DNA of 62,940 nucleotides, taken from the NCBI GenBank assembly GCA_046292385.1, contig JBKBRF010000040.1, positions 1 to 62,940 of the forward strand, given 5' to 3'. The DNA is from Armatimonadota bacterium (lineage in GTDB: Bacteria > Armatimonadota > SYMT01). The position numbers and the translations under genes are program-made. The notes under the pieces are model-generated. The model was not told the DNA's origin. It did not search any database and saw only the letters and a list, made by a program, of their open reading frames with translations. Positions 48,250 through 58,410 of the stretch are shown here, in pieces (positions within the stretch are counted from its first letter, which is position 1; every line of letters starts with the position of its first letter).

Positions 48250-49287
48250 CTACTTGTTGATCAGCGACAGCGTCTCTTGCCAGAGCTCCGCCGGCACCGT
48301 CTTCAGCGTGCCGACCGCCTCTTCCAGGTCGGCCGCCACCACCTGCGTGCCCTGCAGGGCGGCCATCTTGCCCCAGTCGCCCTCGTTCACCATGTCCGCG
48401 GCCTTGATGCCGACGCGGGAGCCGAGGACGCGGTCGAAGAGGGTCGGGGGGCCGCCGCGCTGCACGTGCCCCAGGGTCACGGAGCGGGTCTCGATACCGA
48501 GCGCCTTCTCGATCTCGGAGGCGACCGTCTCACCGACTTCCCGGTTGGCGAGGGCGACGTGCCCGAAGGCGTCGACCGCCAGCTCTTCCGTGTCGTGGGC
48601 GCTGATCTCGGTCCCTTCGGAGCAGACCACCAGCCCGAACTGCTTGCCGCGCTCTCGCTTGCGGCGCAGGGCGGAGATCATGGCGTCGAGGTCGAGCGGC
48701 GTCTCCGGCAGGGTGATCCAGTCCGCGCCGGCGGCGATGCCTACGTGGAGCGCCACCCAGCCGGCGTGCCGGCCCATCACCTCCAGCACCAGGATGCGGC
48801 GGTGGCTGCGGGCGGTGTCGAGCAGGCGGTCCGCGGCGTCGAGCGCCACGCCGGCCGCCGTGTCGAACCCGAAGGTGAAGTCGGTGGAGTTCAGGTCGTT
48901 GTCCATCGTCTTCGGCACGCCGACGACGTGGAGCCCGTGGTGCTTCCAGAACTTGTTGGCGACCCCGAGGGTGTCCTCGCCGCCGAGCGCAATCAGCGCG
49001 TCGAGCCGGAGGTCCTTCCAGGTCTGCAGGCAGCGCTCCAGGTCATCCTCGGCGCCCTTGCGGAACGGATTGGTGCGGGAAGAGCCGAGGATGGTGCCTC
49101 CCTCGCGAATGATCCCCTCGACGCGCTCCAGAGAGAGATCGGTGGTGATGCCCTCGACAAGACCCCGCCACCCCAGCTCCAGACCGACGAACTCGAAGCC
49201 ATGATCGAGTCCGCGCATCACGGCGCCGCGAATGGCGGGGTTCAGCCCAGGGCAGTCGCCCCCTCCGGTGAGTACGGCTACACGCAT
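48250..49287 (-). CDS. pfkA: 6-phosphofructokinase
   Basis: LTGGGDCPGLN, GGTILGSSR, PKTMDND, EVMGRHAGW, LGHVQRGG. Confidence 0.95.
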   Translation of the reverse strand: MRVAVLTGGGDCPGLNPAIRGAVMRGLDHGFEFVGLELGWRGLVEGITTDLSLERVEGIIREGGTILGSSRTNPFRKGAEDDLERCLQTWKDLRLDALIALGGEDTLGVANKFWKHHGLHVVGVPKTMDNDLNSTDFTFGFDTAAGVALDAADRLLDTARSHRRILVLEVMGRHAGWVALHVGIAAGADWITLPETPLDLDAMISALRRKRERGKQFGLVVCSEGTEISAHDTEELAVDAFGHVALANREVGETVASEIEKALGIETRSVTLGHVQRGGPPTLFDRVLGSRVGIKAADMVNEGDWGKMAALQGTQVVAADLEEAVGTLKTVPAELWQETLSLINK

Positions 49288-49356
49288 CTGCAAGTCTCCT
49301 AATCTTGATCAGTGCAGTGCCCGCCCGGAGGGTGCAGAGCGCTCACGGGAGGGACC

Positions 49357-49905
49357 TTATGTTTCTACTTCGAGCAGACCCAGGCCCCCATCCCGGCGGC
49401 GGTAGAGGGCGTTCACTTCGCCTGTCTCGTCATTGAGGAAGAGGAAGAAGTCGTGGTTGAGGAGATCGAGCTGCAGCGACGCCTCGTCCACGGTCATGGG
49501 TTTTATCGCAAAGCGCTTCCGCCTGACCACGGCGGGCGGGGTGGGCGCCTCCTCCGTCTCCTCTTCCGTCGGCAGCTCCGCCAGGGTGGCCGCCACGGTT
49601 GGCGCGTCGGCCTTCCCCTTGTGGTTCCTCAGCTTGCCCTTGAGCCGCTTGACCTGCTGCTCCAGCTTCTCCGCCACCGCGTCGATCGAGGCGAAGATAT
49701 CCGGCGTCCGCTCCTCCGCGCGGACGATCATTCCGTTGAGATCGACCTGGACCTCCACGATCTGCCAGTTGCGCTGCACGCTGTGCGTCAGGTGCGCCTC
49801 GCGCACGCTGTTGAAGTAGCGGGACAGCCGTTCGAACTTCTTCTCCGCGTACTCCCGCTCGCGGTCCGTGATTGATGTCGATTTCCCGGTGAAAATCAGT
49901 CGCAT
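49357..49905 (-). CDS. hpf: Ribosome hibernation promoting factor (long HPF/RaiA)
   Basis: EYAEKKF.RL, D.FASID....KLE.Q, KPMTVDEA.LQ..LL.HDFF.F...Y.R.DG..GL. Confidence 0.93.
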   Translation of the reverse strand: MRLIFTGKSTSITDREREYAEKKFERLSRYFNSVREAHLTHSVQRNWQIVEVQVDLNGMIVRAEERTPDIFASIDAVAEKLEQQVKRLKGKLRNHKGKADAPTVAATLAELPTEEETEEAPTPPAVVRRKRFAIKPMTVDEASLQLDLLNHDFFLFLNDETGEVNALYRRRDGGLGLLEVET

Positions 49906-50143
49906 CGTGGCTCCTTTCCCAGCCCCTTTTACCCCGTTTGGGGGCGCTTGCAGCGGCCGCTTCACCGCCGCGGGAAAACCGGCACGGGCTCCCCCCTGCC
50001 CGTTCGGGTTGCCACCAATATACCGAAGGGAGCCGGCCCCTCGAAACCTGCCGCAGTCAGGCTGATTTCCAACTCGGCAGAGAGACAGCAAGCGGACCCC
50101 GGCGGCGCCTCATCGCGCAGCCGGAGCCGGCGCCTACGATCAG

Positions 50144-51112
50144 TCACGGCAGCCTGTCCGGCGTTGGGGCGTAGAGCTTCACGACTTCGGACGCGCGCCG
50201 CATCAGCCTGTCGATCAGCGCGAGCGGCTGCAGCACCTCCAGGCTCGCCCCGTATCCCAACAGCAGCTCGCAGGCTTCCTCTTCCACGTCGAAATGCAGG
50301 GTTAACGGGATCCAGCCGTCCGGATCGGGATCGTGCGCCGCGAGTCTCCGGCAGCGGCGGCGCAGGCGCCCCAGGCCGTCCGGCGCCACCCGCGCTCGCA
50401 CCTCGTAGCACGGCAGCGTCGCCTTGAACCGGGCGGTCGCCTCGCGCCAATACCCTGCAAGATCGAAACCCTCCGGGCGGACAGCAGCCTCGTGGAGAAG
50501 CTCTGCTTCTCGGATTCGGGCGACGCGATAGGTCCGCGGCTCGCCGCCGTTACCGGCGACCAGGTACCACACGCTGCCCTTGGCCACCAGGCCGAGCGGG
50601 TCTCCCGTCAGCTCGGTCGCCGTGCCGTCCTGGCGCGCGTAGACGAACTTGAGCCGCCGGTCGCTCCAGACCGCCTCTTGCAGGAGCGGGAAGGTCGGCA
50701 GCTCTTCCGCGCGCGGGTGCCAGCTCGTGCCGTCGATGTGAATCCGCTCGCGGACCCGCTCCGCCTGCCGACGGGCCTGTGAAGGGAGTGCCGCCAGCAG
50801 CTTTATCAGCGCTCCTTCCGAGGCACCGCCCAGACCCAGGCCCTCCAACAGATGGATCGGGCGCGTCAGGAATAGCGTTCGGATCTCCGCAGTATTGAGC
50901 CCTGTCAGGTCGGTGCGGTAGGGCTCCAGCAAAAACCAGCCGCCACCGGAGCCGCGTTCCGCCGCCACGGGAACACCGGCTGTGGTCAGGGCCTCCATGT
51001 CGCGATAGATCGTCCGCTCGGAAACCTCCAGCCGCTCCGCCAGCTCCCGGGCAGTAATCCGTGCTTCCACCTGCAGGAGCATGAGGATGGAGAGTAATCG
51101 GTCCGCCCGCAT
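50144..51112 (-). CDS. HTH-WYL domain transcriptional regulator (YafY-like)
   Basis: MRADRLLSI...A.ELAERLEVSERTIYRD; PLGLV.KGSVWYLV; YRVARI. Confidence 0.93.
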   Translation of the reverse strand: MRADRLLSILMLLQVEARITARELAERLEVSERTIYRDMEALTTAGVPVAAERGSGGGWFLLEPYRTDLTGLNTAEIRTLFLTRPIHLLEGLGLGGASEGALIKLLAALPSQARRQAERVRERIHIDGTSWHPRAEELPTFPLLQEAVWSDRRLKFVYARQDGTATELTGDPLGLVAKGSVWYLVAGNGGEPRTYRVARIREAELLHEAAVRPEGFDLAGYWREATARFKATLPCYEVRARVAPDGLGRLRRRCRRLAAHDPDPDGWIPLTLHFDVEEEACELLLGYGASLEVLQPLALIDRLMRRASEVVKLYAPTPDRLP

Positions 51113-51155
51113 TCCGCTTCCCTTTCGTCTGCCGCCCCGATGGCCAAAGCAAATA

Positions 51156-51188
51156 TGACACAGGGTGTCAAGAACCTCCAGTTATACT
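51156..51188. promoter_or_regulatory. Palindromic operator TGACA-N5-TGTCA and -10 box between the WYL regulator and the SDR gene
   Basis: TGACA (51156-51160) CAGGG TGTCA (51166-51170); TATACT at 51183-51188. Confidence 0.65.
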
Positions 51189-51227
51189 CGCCGCAACGTG
51201 CAGGCAAGCACGGGTAAGGAGGCGGAA

Positions 51228-52103
51228 ATGCAGCGCTTGAAAGGCCGGGTGGCAATCGTTACCGGCGCAAGCCGTGGCGGAGGGCGGGGAATCGCCCGCG
51301 TGCTGGGAGAGGAAGGTGCCACCGTCTACGTGACGGGGCGAACCTCGCGGGAGGGAGCCCGGGGCGCCGACGGAACGGGGACGATTGAGGAAACCGCGGA
51401 GTGGGTGAGCGCCGCGGGCGGAGTGGGGATCCCCGTGCGGTGCGACCATACGACGGATGCGGAGGTGGAGGCGCTTTTTTGCCGGGTGCGGGAAGAACAG
51501 GGTCGACTCGACCTGTTGGTCAACAACGTGTGGGGCGGCTACGAAGGCTACGCGGAGGTGAGCTTCACCGCTCCCTTCTGGGAGCAGCCGCTCTGGCGGT
51601 GGGACCGCATGTTCGCGGCCGGCGTGCGGGCTCACTTCTCCGCTCTTCGTCTCGCAGCCCCGCTCATGATCATCCAGGGGCGGGGGCTCGTCGTCCACAC
51701 TACCTTCTGGGACCGGAGTAAGTACCTCAGCAACCTGCCTTATGACGTCGCGAAGGCCGCGGTGAATCGACTGGCACATGGTGCGGCGGTCGAGCTGCGT
51801 CCCCACGGGATCGCGGTGGTTGCCCTCTCCCCGGGGTGGATGCGCACCGAGGCGGTCCTGCGCCACCTCGGTGCGACGGAGGAGACGTGGCAGTCGGTCC
51901 CGGAGCTCGCCTCTACCGAGTCCCCCCAGTACCTGGGCCGTGCCGTCGCTGCTCTTGCCGGGGATCCGCGCGTGCTGGAAAAGTCCGGCTGCACGCTGAC
52001 TGTAGGCGACCTCGCCCAGGAGTACGGGTTCAGCGACGTGGACGGCCGGGTCATCCCGGCGTTCCGTATTCCGATTCGGGAGGAACCCCTCCCGCGGTCG
52101 TAG
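51228..52103 (+). CDS. Short-chain dehydrogenase/reductase
   Basis: TGASRGGGRGIA, LDLLVNN, YDVAK; AAGGAGG RBS. Confidence 0.92.
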   Translation: MQRLKGRVAIVTGASRGGGRGIARVLGEEGATVYVTGRTSREGARGADGTGTIEETAEWVSAAGGVGIPVRCDHTTDAEVEALFCRVREEQGRLDLLVNNVWGGYEGYAEVSFTAPFWEQPLWRWDRMFAAGVRAHFSALRLAAPLMIIQGRGLVVHTTFWDRSKYLSNLPYDVAKAAVNRLAHGAAVELRPHGIAVVALSPGWMRTEAVLRHLGATEETWQSVPELASTESPQYLGRAVAALAGDPRVLEKSGCTLTVGDLAQEYGFSDVDGRVIPAFRIPIREEPLPRS

Positions 52104-52270
52104 CCTGTTTGGCATCGGCTCCAGGCACAGCCACCCGGCGAATGTGACAGTGGTCACGACATTTCGGTCCGGGCGGCGGTTCCGCACCGTAGCAACAGGA
52201 CATATCCTCTCCTCCGTCGAACGGCGGGGGGAGCCTTGTCGCCAGAGTCGCACTGCGTCGGAGTTGCCGC

Positions 52271-53674
52271 ATGTCTTCCACGTCCCCGCAGGCCGTCAAT
52301 CCGTACGCGCGCACCGCGGACGATATCCGGGAGCCGCCGAAGGGATTTCTCCCGTCGCTCCGGTTCCTCGGGCCCAGCTTCGTGCTGATCGGCAGCATCG
52401 TCGGCTCCGGCGAGCTGATCCTCACCACCCGCTTCGGGGCGCTCGCCGGCCTGGCGGGCCTCTGGTTCATCCTGCTCTGCTGCGTGGCCAAGACGATCGT
52501 GCAGGCGGAGCTGGGCCGCTACACGATCTCATCCGGCGACACCTGCCTGGAGGCGTTCAACCGGCTGCCCGGGCCGCGGCTCCGGGCCGGCTGGTTCCTG
52601 TGGCTCTTCGTGCTCTGGCAGATCCCGGGCCTCATCAACGGGGGCGCCATTCTCGGCAGCACCGGCCAGGTGCTGGCGGTGGCGTTCCCCGGCGCCGGCC
52701 TGCCGCAGCACGTCTGGGGCTTCATCCTCGCGGGGATCAATGTCTCGCTGCTCCTCTACGGTCGCTACCGGTTCGTGGAGCGGGCCTCCACCTTCATGGT
52801 GATGTCGTTCAGCGCGATCACGATCCTGGGAGCGCTGGCGCTGCAGTTCACCGACCAGGCGGTGCCGTGGACCGACGCGCTGAACGGCTTGCGGATCCAG
52901 CTCGCCCCGATCATCGCTCCCGCGGTGCTCGCCACCGCCATCGCCACCTTTGCGGGGACCGGCGTGGGCGGTGGGGAGCTGATGTCCTACACCTACTGGT
53001 GCGTGGAGAAGGGCTACGCGCGCTACACCGGGCCGCGCACCCTGGATGCGGACTGGGAGCGGCGGGCGAAGGGCTGGGTGCGGGTGATGCAGATCGACGT
53101 CTGGCTCGCTACCGCCGTCTTCACGCTCGGGACCGTCGCCTTCTTCTGGCTCGGCGCCGGCGTGCTCCATCGGGGCGGGCTGGTGCCGGAAGACAGCCAG
53201 ATGATCGTGACCATCCGGAACATCTACACCGGCTCCCTCGGCGCCTGGGCCTCCGCGCTCTTCCTGCTCGGCGGCTTTTTCGTCCTCTACTCCACCCTGT
53301 TCTGCGGTCTCGCCGGCACCGCCCGCATCTACGCGGATATCCTGGGCGTCTTCAAGCTGGTCGACTTCGCCGACTTCCACAACCGCATGAAGTGGATCCG
53401 GATCTTCACCGTGCTGGTGCCGCTGGTCCAGAGCCTCACTTTCGCCTGGCACGGCAAGCCGCAGACGGTGCTGATCCTGACCGCCATCGCCGGCGGATTG
53501 CTCACGCCGGTGATCGCCTTCGGGACCATCTGGCTCCGCTATCGGCTGCTGGACAAGCGGATCGCCCCCGGAAAGCTCTCCGACGCGGCGCTGTGGGTCT
53601 GCTCCGGCGTGATCCTGGTCGTCTCCACGGCGGGGATGTTGATCGAGCTGGTAAAGCAGATCCGCGGGGCTTGA
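52271..53674 (+). CDS. Nramp-like / APC-fold membrane transporter
   Basis: LGPS....GSIVGSGELI, ELGRYTI, Y.YWCVEKGYAR; about 11 hydrophobic segments. Confidence 0.8.
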   Translation: MSSTSPQAVNPYARTADDIREPPKGFLPSLRFLGPSFVLIGSIVGSGELILTTRFGALAGLAGLWFILLCCVAKTIVQAELGRYTISSGDTCLEAFNRLPGPRLRAGWFLWLFVLWQIPGLINGGAILGSTGQVLAVAFPGAGLPQHVWGFILAGINVSLLLYGRYRFVERASTFMVMSFSAITILGALALQFTDQAVPWTDALNGLRIQLAPIIAPAVLATAIATFAGTGVGGGELMSYTYWCVEKGYARYTGPRTLDADWERRAKGWVRVMQIDVWLATAVFTLGTVAFFWLGAGVLHRGGLVPEDSQMIVTIRNIYTGSLGAWASALFLLGGFFVLYSTLFCGLAGTARIYADILGVFKLVDFADFHNRMKWIRIFTVLVPLVQSLTFAWHGKPQTVLILTAIAGGLLTPVIAFGTIWLRYRLLDKRIAPGKLSDAALWVCSGVILVVSTAGMLIELVKQIRGA

Positions 53675-53680
53675 TCCTCG

Positions 53681-55750
53681 TTAGCTCCGCGGTGGGCGGT
53701 CGGCCGGCGCCGGGGTGTCCAGGACCGCTCGGAGCTTCTCCGCGAGCTGGCGCGGGGTGAACGGCTTCTGGATCAGGACCGCCCGGCCCACGGCCACGCC
53801 GTGCCGCACGACCACGTCGTCCGTATAGCCGGACATAAAGGCGACGCGCAGCTCTGGACGCTCCGCCGCCAGCCGTTCCGCCACCTCGCGGCCGCTCATG
53901 CCGGGCATCACCACGTCGGTGAGCAGCAGGTCGATCTTTCCGGGGTACCCGCTCGCGGTCCGCAGCGCTTCGTCGCCGGACGCGGCCTCCAGCACCTGGT
54001 AGCCGGCGCTGCGCAGCGTGCTGCAGAGGAGCTGGCTCAGTCTCGGCTCGTCCTCCACAACCAGGATCGTCTCCGTGCCGCGGGGAAGCGCGCCGAGGCT
54101 CCTCTCCAGGCTGATCGCCGCCGGGGTAAGGGCGGAGTGCGGCAGCAAGATCCGGAAGGTGGTGCCGGCGCCGGGGGCGCTCTCCATCTCGATGCGGCCG
54201 CCGCTCTGCTGCACGATCCCCTGGGCGGTGGGGAGGCCGAGCCCGGTGCCGTGTCCCGACGCCTTGGTGCTGAAGAACGGCTCGAAGATCCGCCGCTGGG
54301 TCGTCTCGTCCATCCCGCAGCCGGTATCGCTGACGGAGAGCGCCACCCAGTCCGCGGAACCTTCCGGCCCTCCCGCCCGGGAGGCGCTGACCCGCTCGAT
54401 GGTGACGGTGATCCGGCCGCCCTGCGGCATCGCGTCCCGGGCATTGACCACCAGGTTGACCAGCACCTGCTCGATGTGGCCCGGATCGACCTTGACGTGA
54501 GCCGGCCCCGCGCTGGAGATCACCGCCAGCTCGATATCCTCGCCGATCAGCCGGCGCAGCATCTTGCCGCAGCGGGGGATGATCTCGTTCAGGTCGATCA
54601 CCCGCGGATGGAGCACCTGGCGGCGGCTGAACGCCAGGAGCTGCCGTGTGAGCCCGGCCGCGCGCTCGCCCGCGTGGTAGATCTCCTCCAGCACCTGCCG
54701 GTCTCCCTCGGAGAGGTCCGGGCGCATGAGCAGCAGCTCGCTGTAGCCGGTGATGACGGCGATCAGGTTGTTGAAGTCGTGCGCCACGCCTCCCGCCAGG
54801 AGCCCGACCGCCTCCATCTTCTGCGCCTGGCGGAGCTGCTCTTCCGATCGCTGGCGCTGGATGGCGGTGGCGAGGACGTGCGCCACCGCCTCCAGGAAGT
54901 GCGCGTCGTCCTGGGAGAACTCCCGCGGCCGGGTAGTGTAGGTTCCGAGCGCTCCGAACGGCTGGTTCGGCATGGGGATGCTCACCGCCAGCGCGCTCAT
55001 CACTCCATACTCCCGCCGCTGGGGCGGGAGCCGGAAGCGGGTGTCGTGCTCCAGGTCGGGCGCGATGATCGGCTGGCCGGTGAGCAGGGCGCGCCCGGCC
55101 ACGGTCCACTCGTTCGCCGGAATGCGCGTGCTGCCAACGAACCCGGCCTTCCAGCCGGTGCCGCCGGTCACCAGGAGCGCCTTCTCCTCCGGCCGGAACT
55201 CCAGGATCGCGGCGTACTCCACCTGCAGTACCTCCGCGACCCGCCGGGTGGCCTCCTGGCCGAGGCTCTCCAGGTCGGTGGTCGCCAGCGCGCGCTGCCC
55301 CAGCTCCGCCACCGCCGCCTGCTGCCGCGCCTGCATGCGCAGCGCCGCCTCCGCCTGCCTCCGGGAAGTGCGCACCGCGGCATCTTCGCGCGCCCGCTCC
55401 ACCGCGGGGATCAGGCGGGCCAGGTTGGACTTCACCAGGAAGTCGTGCGCGCCCGACTTGAGGGCGGTCACCGCCGTCTCCTCACCGATGGTGCCGGAGA
55501 CGATGATGAACGGGAGGTCCTTTCCGCTGGCGTGCAGCACCTCCAGCGCGTCGAGCGCGTTGAACGCCGGCAGGGAGAAGTCGGAGAGGACGACATCCCA
55601 CTCTTCCTCGGCGATCGCCGCCCGCATCTCCGCGGCGGTCTCCACCCGCTTCCAGGCCGGGACATAGTCGCCCTGGCGCAGCGCGCGCAGCAGGAGCAGC
55701 GCGTCATCTTCGCGGTCTTCGACGATCAACACCCGCAGTGGTCTGGGCAT
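53681..55750 (-). CDS. Hybrid histidine kinase (REC-GAF-HisKA-HATPase-REC)
   Basis: LAGGVAHDFNN, NLVVNARDAMP, FEPFFSTK, GTGLGL; two receiver domains. Confidence 0.93.
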   Translation of the reverse strand: MPRPLRVLIVEDREDDALLLLRALRQGDYVPAWKRVETAAEMRAAIAEEEWDVVLSDFSLPAFNALDALEVLHASGKDLPFIIVSGTIGEETAVTALKSGAHDFLVKSNLARLIPAVERAREDAAVRTSRRQAEAALRMQARQQAAVAELGQRALATTDLESLGQEATRRVAEVLQVEYAAILEFRPEEKALLVTGGTGWKAGFVGSTRIPANEWTVAGRALLTGQPIIAPDLEHDTRFRLPPQRREYGVMSALAVSIPMPNQPFGALGTYTTRPREFSQDDAHFLEAVAHVLATAIQRQRSEEQLRQAQKMEAVGLLAGGVAHDFNNLIAVITGYSELLLMRPDLSEGDRQVLEEIYHAGERAAGLTRQLLAFSRRQVLHPRVIDLNEIIPRCGKMLRRLIGEDIELAVISSAGPAHVKVDPGHIEQVLVNLVVNARDAMPQGGRITVTIERVSASRAGGPEGSADWVALSVSDTGCGMDETTQRRIFEPFFSTKASGHGTGLGLPTAQGIVQQSGGRIEMESAPGAGTTFRILLPHSALTPAAISLERSLGALPRGTETILVVEDEPRLSQLLCSTLRSAGYQVLEAASGDEALRTASGYPGKIDLLLTDVVMPGMSGREVAERLAAERPELRVAFMSGYTDDVVVRHGVAVGRAVLIQKPFTPRQLAEKLRAVLDTPAPADRPPRS

Positions 55751-55768
55751 CGGTCTCCTCCCCTCCGC

Positions 55769-56200
55769 TTACGCCTGGGGCGGCGCCGGCTCGTTCAGCA
55801 CCAGCCAGTACAGCCCGAGCTGGCGCACGGCCTCGGTGAACTGGGCAAAGTCGACCGGCTTGCGGATGTAGCTGTTCGCGCCCAGGCTGTAGCCGGAGAC
55901 CAGGTCCTGCTCCTCCCGGGAGGAGGTGAGGATCACCACCGGCAGCAGCCGGGTGCGGGGATCGGCGCGGATCTGGCGCAGCACTTCCAGCCCGTCCAGC
56001 TTCGGCAGCTTGAGGTCGAGCAGGATGATCTGCGGCTGCGCGCTCGTGTCCCGGCCGGCGTGCTTCCCGGTGCCGAAGAGGTAGTCGAGCGCCTCCACGC
56101 CGTCCTCCGCCACGACTACGTCGTTCAGGATGTTGTTCTTCCGGAAGGCGCGGAGCGTGAGCGCCACGTCGTCCGGATTGTCTTCCACCAGTAAGATCAC
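55769..56200 (-). CDS. Single-domain response regulator
   Basis: ILLVEDNPDD, LLDLKLPKLDG, GANSYIRKP. Confidence 0.93.
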   Translation of the reverse strand: MILLVEDNPDDVALTLRAFRKNNILNDVVVAEDGVEALDYLFGTGKHAGRDTSAQPQIILLDLKLPKLDGLEVLRQIRADPRTRLLPVVILTSSREEQDLVSGYSLGANSYIRKPVDFAQFTEAVRQLGLYWLVLNEPAPPQA

Positions 56201-56211
56201 CTGCCCACTCC

Positions 56212-58140
56212 TTACCCAGGCGCGAATCCCGCCGTTCCCGCCGCGAGGGTGAAGTAAAACTCCGCGCCTTCCCCCACGCTCCCCTCCGCCCAGACGCGGC
56301 CGCCGTGGCGGGTGATGACGCGCTGGACGGTGGCGAGCCCGATTCCGGAGCCGGTGAACTCCTTTGGGGAGTGGAGACGCTGGAACGGGCTGAAGAGTTT
56401 GTCCGCGTACGCCATGTCGAACCCGGCGCCGTTGTCCCGCACGAAGTAGACGCGCTCGCCGCCGGCACCGGAGAGACTGCCGAACTCAATGCGCGCCTCT
56501 TCCCGGCGAGAGGTGAACTTCCACGCGTTGCCGAGCAGGTTCTCCAGCACCACCCGCAGCAGTCGCGGGTCTCCGACGGCGGTCACGTCCGGCGCTACCA
56601 CGAGCTCGGCCCTGCGGTCCGGCTCCGCCCGCTGCAGGTCGGCCAGCACGTCGCGCGCGACCTGGCTCAGCGACACCGTCTCGCGGCGCATCTCCGCGCG
56701 GGTGACGCGGGAGAGCGACAACAGGTCGTCGATCAGCTCCGACATCCGGTGGCTCGCCGCCATCACCCGCCGCAGGTGGTCCTGCCCGAGCTCATCGAGC
56801 TGGTCCTCAAAGTCTTCCAGGATTGCCCGGCTGAAGCCTTCGATGCTCCGCAGCGGGGTGCGCAGGTCGTGGGAGACGGAGTAGCAGAACGCCTCCAGCT
56901 CCTGGTTTACCGCCTGGAGCTCCGCGGTCCGCTCCCGCACCCGGGTCTCCAGCTCCAGGGTGAGCCGGCGGAGCTGCTCCTGCGCGAGCTTGCGCTCGGT
57001 AATGTCTTCCACCACCGCGTTCAGGTAGCTGGGGCGCCCCCCTTCGCCGTAGATCAGGGCGATACTGACGTTGGCCCATACTTCCCTGCCGTCTTTGCGG
57101 AGGTACCGCTTCTCCGTGCTGTACGTGCGGATCTCGCCCGCCTTCAACCGCCGCAGGGCTTCCACGTCGTCCTCCAGGTGCTCCGGATGGGTAAGCTCCT
57201 GGAATCTCATGCCGTGCAGCTCCTCGCGGGAGTAGCCGAGAATCCGGCAGAAGCGGGGGTTCGCCAGCAGGTAGCGGCCATCCAGGTCGATCAGGGCGAT
57301 GCCGACCCCCGCCTGCTGGAACATGGCCCGGAAGCGCGCCTCGCTCTGGCGGAGCTGCTCCTCCATCTCCTTGCGCGGCGTGATGTCGGTGCAGACGCCC
57401 ACGGCCCGCCAGCGCCGCGGCCCCACCGGCTCCACGTGCACGTCCTGGGAGAGCCACCGCCACGCGCCGTCCCGGCGGCGGCAGCGGAACTCCTGGTGGT
57501 AGCTCTGCCCCGCCCGGATGGCGGTGCGCGCCTGCTCGTCCATCCGCCGCCGGTCTTCCTCGTCCCAGCTGGCGTACCAGGCCTGAAAGTAGCTCTGGCC
57601 CGGCTCCCGCTGCACCGGGAGCACGCGCTCCGCGGCTTCCTCATCGGTGACGGAGAACTCCCACACCAGGCCGCGGTCTGTCTCCTGGACCTCCGCGTGG
57701 AAGAGCAGGCAGAGCGCGCCGGAGACCACCTGCTCCAGCTCGCGCTCCATCCGCCGCTGGTCGCTGGCATCCCGCGCCACCAGCAGGGCGGCCGGACGCC
57801 CGCGGAAGGTGAGCGGCCTGGAGGTGATCTCTGCGTCGAAGACTCGCCCGGTCCGGGTCCGGTGGAGCCAGATCCCGGAGCGGGAGTGGCTCTCGCGCTC
57901 CCGGGCTACGTCGGCCAGCAGGCGCGAATGCTCGGATTCGGGGCGGATCTCCAGGATCGTCATCCGGAGGAACTCATCCCGGGAGTACCCGTAGCTGTCT
58001 ACCGCCGCGTCATTGACGGCAAGGAACCGCAGCGTCTCCAGATCGTACACCCACATCGGCTCCGGATGGGCGTTGAAGAGCAGCCGGAAGGAGTCGCCTT
58101 CCGGGGATTCCACGGGTGAGGTCAGGGGTGTCAGCGCCAT
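56212..58140 (-). CDS. Multi-PAS sensor histidine kinase
   Basis: PAS/PAC repeats; YSVSHDLRTP, NLLGNAWKF, DNGAGF, GIGLATV. Confidence 0.93.
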   Translation of the reverse strand: MALTPLTSPVESPEGDSFRLLFNAHPEPMWVYDLETLRFLAVNDAAVDSYGYSRDEFLRMTILEIRPESEHSRLLADVARERESHSRSGIWLHRTRTGRVFDAEITSRPLTFRGRPAALLVARDASDQRRMERELEQVVSGALCLLFHAEVQETDRGLVWEFSVTDEEAAERVLPVQREPGQSYFQAWYASWDEEDRRRMDEQARTAIRAGQSYHQEFRCRRRDGAWRWLSQDVHVEPVGPRRWRAVGVCTDITPRKEMEEQLRQSEARFRAMFQQAGVGIALIDLDGRYLLANPRFCRILGYSREELHGMRFQELTHPEHLEDDVEALRRLKAGEIRTYSTEKRYLRKDGREVWANVSIALIYGEGGRPSYLNAVVEDITERKLAQEQLRRLTLELETRVRERTAELQAVNQELEAFCYSVSHDLRTPLRSIEGFSRAILEDFEDQLDELGQDHLRRVMAASHRMSELIDDLLSLSRVTRAEMRRETVSLSQVARDVLADLQRAEPDRRAELVVAPDVTAVGDPRLLRVVLENLLGNAWKFTSRREEARIEFGSLSGAGGERVYFVRDNGAGFDMAYADKLFSPFQRLHSPKEFTGSGIGLATVQRVITRHGGRVWAEGSVGEGAEFYFTLAAGTAGFAPG

Positions 58141-58410
58141 CGGTTAGGAAGCCGAGAAAGTTCGGTCGCTGGCGGGCGGAGGTCGCGGGTCGAGCCGCCG
58201 CTTTCGACATGCATAGACAGGAGCCGCCCGCCGGGCAAGAGTTTCTTTAGATTGCCGGGAGTCGCGAACTCAGTCTTTCCTGCAGCGCCTCCGAAGACCG
58301 GGCGGCGTGAGCTGAATCACCCTATAGCACGCATCCGGACCCGCAGCTACAGCTGATACGGGCTCGCGGGCAGGTGGTCAGCGGACGCGAGGCCGGGGTG
58401 CGATTCCGGC

